This document shows, piece after piece, positions 35,781 through 38,042 of a stretch of 38,042 nt of DNA. Each line of letters begins with the position of its first letter. Positions within the stretch are counted from its first letter, which is position 1. The stretch lies in the IMG/VR virus record IMGVR_UViG_3300027732_000057, positions 1-38,042 of that record; one strand, given 5' to 3'. Under the pieces are notes generated by a model, which worked only from the letters and a program-made list of their open reading frames with translations, made no database searches and was not told the origin of the DNA. The position numbers were made by a program, and so were the translations under genes. This DNA is from a virus. Lineage: Duplodnaviria > Caudoviricetes.

Positions 35781-38026
35781 AATTGTTTGGAAATAAAAAA
35801 GAAGATACTGGCGATAAATCGTCAAGTCCTGTTGCGTCTGAAAAAACAAAAAGTTCCGCTAGTTTTCTGAAAAAAACTTTCAACAAAATAGGTGATGTTT
35901 TACATAAAAAATTTGGTTCAACTAAACACACAACAGATGCTGAACCTATGTCTAATGTTGAATATCTTGGTGAAATTTATAAATTGATGATGCAGAACCA
36001 AGATGATATAAAATTTGAAAGACAAGAATCTGTCGAAAAGAAAAGATCAGATGACACTGATGAAGAAAATAGACATAAAGAGATAATCAAGGCCTTAACT
36101 TTACGTAGACGACCTACGAAAACTACTCGGCGTGTCAAAGAAGAAAAAAAACCAGAAGCTAAGAAAAAAGAACCTGGTAAAGAAACGGATAAAGATAAGG
36201 CCGGTAAAAACAAAGCAGCTGCTGAAGCTCAGAAAAAAGCAGCTGCTGATAAAGCCAAAGCTGATAAAGCAGCTGCTGAGAAAAAGGCTGCAGCTGAGAA
36301 AGCTGCAGCTGAGAAAGCTGCAGCTGAGAAAGCCAAAGCAGATAAAGCAGCTGCTGATAAAGCTGCAGCTGAGAAAACCAAAGCAGAAAATGAACGTGTA
36401 GCTCGAGAAAGACAAAAACAATTAGAAAAAGAAGAACAAAAAAAAGCTGCAGAAAGACAAAAACAATTAGAAAAAGAAGAACAAAAAAAAGCTGCAGAAA
36501 GACAAAAACAATTAGAAAAAGAAAAACAAAAAGCCAAAGAAGATAAAGATGCTGCTGATAAAAAAGCAGGAGAAGCACAATCAGAAGCAGATAAAAGAGC
36601 TGCAGCACGTGCTCAAGAAGAAGCAAATAAAAAAGTAGCCGAAGCTGAAAGAAAAGCAGTTGAAGAAGCTAAGAAAAAGGCTGCAGCTGAGAAAGCTGCA
36701 GCTGAGAAAGCTGCAGCTGAGAAAAAGGCTGCAGCTGAGAAAGCTGCAGCTGAGAAAGCTGCAGCTGAGAAAGCTGCAGCTGAGAAAGCTGCAGCTGAGA
36801 AAGCTGCAGCTGAGAAAGCTGCAGCTGAGAAAGCTGCAGCTGAGAAAAAGGCTGCAGCTGAGAAAGCTGCAGCTGAGAAAAAGGCTGCAGCTGAGAAAGC
36901 TGCAGCTGAGAAAAAAGCAGCGGAAGAAGAAAAGAAAAGGTTAGCTGAAGCGGAAAAGAAAAGGTTAGATGAAGAAAAAGCTCGTACAGCTGAAAAAGTT
37001 CCAGAAACAAAACCTCCGGCAAAACCAGAAACTGCAACACCTAAACCAGAAACTGCAAAACCAGAAACTGCAACAAAGCCTGCACCAGGAACTGCAAAAC
37101 CAGATGCAGGAACAGCTACAAATATACCTAAAGCTGGTGTTGGTCTTGCAACTGTTACCGTAGGATCAGCAATCGCTGCTGCCGAGTCAAAAGGTAATTA
37201 TGATGTTTCATTTGGTGATTCATATGATGAAAAACTTCGTAAATATGTTAATTATGCAACAGATCCAAAAACAAAAGAACGATTAAAATTAAAAACTCCT
37301 GAAGAATTTTCTGGAAAAAAATTAACAGAAATGACTCTTGCAGAAGTTAAGGCTTTTGGTGAATATCGGTCACAAGGTGGTGCAGGAGCAGGTGCTGTAG
37401 GTGCATATCAATTTATGCCATCAACTCTTTTTGGCACATGGAGAACAAACCGTAAAGGTAAACGTGTTTGGCACGATGGGTTGGTCCAGCGGCTAAACAA
37501 GCCGATGGATACCGTATTCAATAAAGATTTACAACAAGAATTTTTTGAATTGTTACATTCTGATGATGTTAAAATGTTAAAAAAATTAGGTTTACCTATA
37601 ACACCGGGTTATGAATATATGGCACATTATCTTGGTGCTGGTGGTGCCAAAATTGTTTTTGATGCAATAAAAAATAAAGAAAATATAACTGTTGATGAAG
37701 CTCTTATAAAAGCAGGCAAAGAAGTTGGAAACAATCCCGACCTCAAAAAATGGAAAGTACAAGAGTTTGAAAAAGAATTGGAAAGAAGATTAGTGGAAAA
37801 AGGTGGATTCAAAATACCCTCAGCTGATTTGAATAAACCAACAAATAATAACGGTATTAATTTAGACCAAGAATCCACAGTAAACAAAAATATAAAGAGT
37901 AATTTGAATAACTCAAACAATAAAAATTCCGATAGTTCTGTAGGAGGGTTCTTCAGTAATTTTTTTGGCGGTGAATCAAATACAGCACCAACAGTTAAAG
38001 ACGGACCAATACACTTAAGAAAATAA
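35777..38026 (+). CDS. Tail-associated protein at the tape-measure position: A/E/K helical rod, Pro linker, lysozyme-like (transglycosylase) domain
   Basis: 749 aa; AIAAAESKGNY (putative catalytic Glu, 37184-37186), AVGAYQFMPSTL, YMAHYLGAGGA. Confidence 0.8.
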   Translation: MKLFGNKKEDTGDKSSSPVASEKTKSSASFLKKTFNKIGDVLHKKFGSTKHTTDAEPMSNVEYLGEIYKLMMQNQDDIKFERQESVEKKRSDDTDEENRHKEIIKALTLRRRPTKTTRRVKEEKKPEAKKKEPGKETDKDKAGKNKAAAEAQKKAAADKAKADKAAAEKKAAAEKAAAEKAAAEKAKADKAAADKAAAEKTKAENERVARERQKQLEKEEQKKAAERQKQLEKEEQKKAAERQKQLEKEKQKAKEDKDAADKKAGEAQSEADKRAAARAQEEANKKVAEAERKAVEEAKKKAAAEKAAAEKAAAEKKAAAEKAAAEKAAAEKAAAEKAAAEKAAAEKAAAEKAAAEKKAAAEKAAAEKKAAAEKAAAEKKAAEEEKKRLAEAEKKRLDEEKARTAEKVPETKPPAKPETATPKPETAKPETATKPAPGTAKPDAGTATNIPKAGVGLATVTVGSAIAAAESKGNYDVSFGDSYDEKLRKYVNYATDPKTKERLKLKTPEEFSGKKLTEMTLAEVKAFGEYRSQGGAGAGAVGAYQFMPSTLFGTWRTNRKGKRVWHDGLVQRLNKPMDTVFNKDLQQEFFELLHSDDVKMLKKLGLPITPGYEYMAHYLGAGGAKIVFDAIKNKENITVDEALIKAGKEVGNNPDLKKWKVQEFEKELERRLVEKGGFKIPSADLNKPTNNNGINLDQESTVNKNIKSNLNNSNNKNSDSSVGGFFSNFFGGESNTAPTVKDGPIHLRK
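36407..36530 (+). repeat. 45-bp tandem repeat, ~2.7 copies (ERQKQLEKEEQKKAA)
   Basis: gaaagacaaaaacaattagaaaaagaagaacaaaaaaaagctgca units start at 36407, 36452 and 36497. Confidence 0.9.
36680..36913 (+). repeat. 15-bp tandem repeat x15 (gctgcagctgagaaa, AAAEK) with three extra Lys codons
   Basis: Counted directly; a shorter related array lies at about 36270-36375. Confidence 0.95.
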
Positions 38027-38042
38027 GAAAAGGCAAATAAAT

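Noticed and set aside
35977-37163. Alternative-frame and antisense ORFs over the AAAEK region
   Set aside because: By-products of stop-free tandem repeats.
1-38042. Stop-codon reassignment, introns/inteins, tRNAs
   Set aside because: Genes are full length and tightly packed under the standard code; no gap or motif supports these elements.

Overview
This AT-rich window is the tail/baseplate morphogenesis region of a T4-like myovirus. Gene order resembles aquatic T4-like phages (cyanophage/pelagiphage style); the host cannot be determined from the sequence. A minus-strand block (33087 down to 1) encodes gp48, gp53, a gp27-like hub, a gp5 spike split over three ORFs, gp25, gp6, gp7, gp8, a 2127-aa VrlC/DUF4815-like protein, and a long series of fibre and adaptor proteins. 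The last of these is a repeat-rich ORF (2673 to <1) missing from the ORF track. A divergent plus-strand block encodes gp4, gp2, a gp54-like tube initiator, gp26, a gp51-like frame and a 749-aa AAAEK-repeat protein with a lysozyme-like domain. Best candidates for an undescribed system: (1) a -1 programmed ribosomal frameshift (T TTT TTC, with GGAGG 10 nt upstream) fusing gp26 to the gp51-like frame just before the tape-measure-position gene, like lambda G/GT; (2) fibre genes carrying paired C-terminal tags and N-terminal domains in gene order, suggesting a docking code; (3) a genetically split gp5 with its lysozyme absent and a muralytic domain on a TolA-like helical rod; (4) late-promoter motifs exactly 4 nt before ATG, suggesting leaderless mRNAs. 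All family assignments come from motif recognition and synteny, not database searches.
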